A DNA stretch of 64,000 bases, from the NCBI RefSeq assembly GCF_964355755.1, contig NC_092670.1, forward strand, positions 26,956,795-27,020,794. The letters are read 5' to 3'. The stretch comes from Antedon mediterranea (Eukaryota > Animalia > Echinodermata). The position numbers were made by a program, and so were the translations under genes. The notes beneath the pieces are model-generated. The model worked only from the letters and a program-made list of their open reading frames with translations, searched no databases and was not told where the DNA came from. Shown piece by piece: positions 60,891 through 64,000 of the stretch; position 1 is the first letter of the stretch, and the number at the start of each line of letters is the position of its first letter.

Positions 60891-63800
60891 ATACTGTTAC
60901 ATACTGCTGGCTGTAATAGTACATTTTGGAGATGACAAAAGGCATAGAAAACAGCTCTTGTGATGTCACAAGCGGAAACTTTTGTACAGAGGTGATAGGA
61001 ATTTTGTGGTTAATCGTCCTCTGAGCCAAAACTATTTCGATATTTACTTATCCGCTTTGCAGTTTCATTCGTAAATGATTAATACATAATGCTACTTTTT
61101 TTTAAGTCGTTTTTTAAATTCGTTTTTCCAGCTCATTTTTATCGAAATATTTAGCCACAAGCCTATATAAGCTATGTACATGAACCGATAATGCACATGC
61201 GCTAGATACGATTTTGCTTTTTTTGTAGAAGCCATTTAATTTTCCAATTGCACAATAGCTTCAACGGGCATAAATATAGAACAAGGGGCTGAACCTACTT
61301 TTCTTTACAACTGTATAATAATGGATAGTGATAATAAGAATGAGATTGTGTTCTGTGAATTGGACACAGTCGCCTGCTGGGTGGCTAGCCTAGGCAAGTA
61401 GAGGAAGGAGCGAGGGTAGGAACAAGTAGGCCTAGCCTAGCCAGAATCCATAACAGAGAGGCAGCAATGCTACTGCAGACTGCCAGAATGAGGCCCAGCG
61501 ATGGATCTACCACAAACCCTATATATTTTAGGTGAAGACGTGAATAGTGCATGTATATTTTTAGTTAAAAGTTTATCAACATTCAAAATTGTGTTTATGG
61601 CACCCACAAATATTATGTATTAATTTAGGCCTAGGCTAGTTAATATTATATTATTTATTTCAATACAGCAGTAGGCCTGTAGAATCAGTGGTGGATCTAG
61701 GGGTGAATATGGTGACTAGCCACCCACTTAATAATAAAAAAATGATGCAACCAACCCACAACCGTCGCTTGACGTGGATTCGACGCACCTGACTCTTTTA
61801 ATTAAGAAGAGTAGGCCTAGAGCTAGGGTTAGCATTATGGTTGTGTAAATAAGACTATATTGAAAGAGCTAAGAGTTTAATTACTATTTATGAATTCAAG
61901 AGAAAAAAGAAAACACGATTTAAAATCTTTCGAAAATACCCACAACTGAGTTATTTTTAAAACACACGCACTCCTACTATACCAGCATCACATTGTCTAG
62001 CTCGTTCCCTGTGTGAATGCTGACGTCATCACTCTCCAAAAACACACCATTTTCCATTTCAGTTAATTACCGCCCTCGTCCACGTGTGCACGTGTTAGCA
62101 AGGCCGTATTTATTTACACCCCTGTACAGAGTGGAGTGTATATAATATCGTGAACGTTTTTTATATAATAAATGGTATGCAGTATAAACGATAAAAATAA
62201 ACGAGAAACACGGCCTAAAGCGTATGGCATTTTATTGATTTTGCTTTATAGACATGGCGATTAGTGCAACCATTGTATACTTACTAAATTACATTGAGTT
62301 ATTCACCTGGCTGTAGGATATATCTCTGAGGTTACCACCACAACACAGTACACACATATGCACCATATCGGAGTACCGCATGATCAAAGTTTATTATTAA
62401 TTTGTCGAAAAAGATCCGTACAGTATTTAGGAAGGATTTATTTAAATTTACATTATGTAATTGTAATGTTTGTTGTTAAATGTGATGGAAAATATTGCAG
62501 TCTAGCGTATTAAACAGTGTGTAAGCATCTATTTTTTCAAAAAATTTCTGAGATTTCATACATTTATAAAATCATTATGCATAGAATAGATAGGATGTAA
62601 TCAAAGTACAATATTGCCACTATTTTTTGCCCTCTACAAAACTATTGTATAGTTAATGTCACTATAATTTATAAACTATGGTATTACCAGACAAGTATAT
62701 ACAGATGCTGTAACAAATTGAATGATCTGGGATCTGGTCTAGTGCATCATTTGTCTATTGCAGTATGTTTTACAGGTTATTATTATTTATCACCTGGATG
62801 TGATAAAACTGGCTACATTTTTGCCATATTTATCTCTTCCCCGCTACAATGGAATTGAACTTTCTCATATCACTTTAAGAAATCGACAGGGCTAAAAAAC
62901 ATTATTAGTGCCTCCTTTCCATACTCATTTATATACACATTAGTAGGCACATTTTGCACATCATTTTTAGAATGCAATTCTATGATGTTACAAAGTGTTT
63001 TGCAATTACATTTTTCAAAAAATGTTCATGTACTGGTGATTCTATAAATCTGCAAAGATAAGACAAATGCAAATTGATAATAAATAGATGGAAATATACT
63101 GTTTATTAAAATATTATTTAGTCCTACCGATCTCCTCACTGTTACCTCTATAGGCAGAGTTTTAAGCTCAAGTTATTCGAAATAACAACTCCCTGGTATC
63201 ACTATATAGTGCCACTTCAGCAGTAGGCCTGGCCTGGGTTGTGTTTTTACATTTATTTTGCATCTAGTAGGCCTAACTTTCACTTACTTTTTAACTATTT
63301 AGAGATCGTTATTTATATAAATTCAATAACAAATGTAAGAGTTAAAAACTAGATTAACACAAGCTTACATGGTGCTACACACATGGTTGTGTGATGTATA
63401 TGTTTTCTTCCATTCATGTCAGTAGTCACAAAAGCAGGGAGAAGACGATTTGATTGAAATTGAAATTTATTTACCAATTGTATTGGTGCTGCCGTTGTTG
63501 TGTACAGAACAATATTTGATTTATTTGTAACATTTCAACCATACAACCAAACCAAACATTACCAAAATGATTATCTTCACCCTGTTTCTTCTGGTAAAGG
63601 ACTACAGTATACTTTAAATGTTTATACTATTTTTAACAACCAAACTGAACATATCTCTGTTTCTTGGCAGGGGACCATATTAATTTAAAATAATGTGCTA
63701 TTTCCAACAGAAAAACTAAAATTAAGTATATTTTGTACTATGTGCCAGTTTTTTAGGTGATCATTTAGAATAAAATGATCACCTATTGTTATTGTATAAA

Positions 63801-64000
63801 ATCTTTATTCTTATGATTCTTCTTTATTTCTCTCTGTACAGATTTTGTGTAACAAATATCTCAAAAAGTTTAATGTTAATGATTACCAAAATTTCACAAT
63901 GTCTTTCAAATACTTTAACTTAGTCCGAATAAGCTTTTCATTTTCAAATGTGAACGTATACAACAATGTTTTCTCCTTTATTAGTTCGATGACAAACTTT

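Noticed and set aside
60990-62330. Possible TIR element (CAGAG...CTCTG)
   Set aside because: The terminal match is too short and no TSD was found.

Overview
AT-rich animal (invertebrate, probably marine deuterostome; inference) genomic DNA, mostly intronic and dense in transposable elements. Host genes: the 5' part of SMARCAL1 on the minus strand (5 coding exons, 6782->3916, continuing off the left edge) and, head-to-head with it, the first two coding exons of HOP2/PSMC3IP on the plus strand (12184-12208 and 37527-37621; 25-kb intron 1; no further exon recognised). An intronless Ig-domain transmembrane receptor gene (42517-44406) appears to be nested in HOP2 intron 2. TEs: a ~9-kb nest of Helentron/HINE-like rolling-circle elements (17915-26870); a 5.5-kb foldback palindrome built of ~370-bp repeats (27479-32999); MULE-like, Tc1/mariner, Harbinger and TTAA-type non-autonomous elements; a Gmr1-type Gypsy (INT before RT) with near-identical LTRs; a solo LTR; L1- and RTE-like LINE remnants; a 5S-derived SINE; tRNA-like SINE heads; and Penelope-like inverted repeats carrying hammerhead-ribozyme motifs. 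No CRISPR arrays or intact rRNA/tRNA genes. All calls were made by eye, with no database searches.
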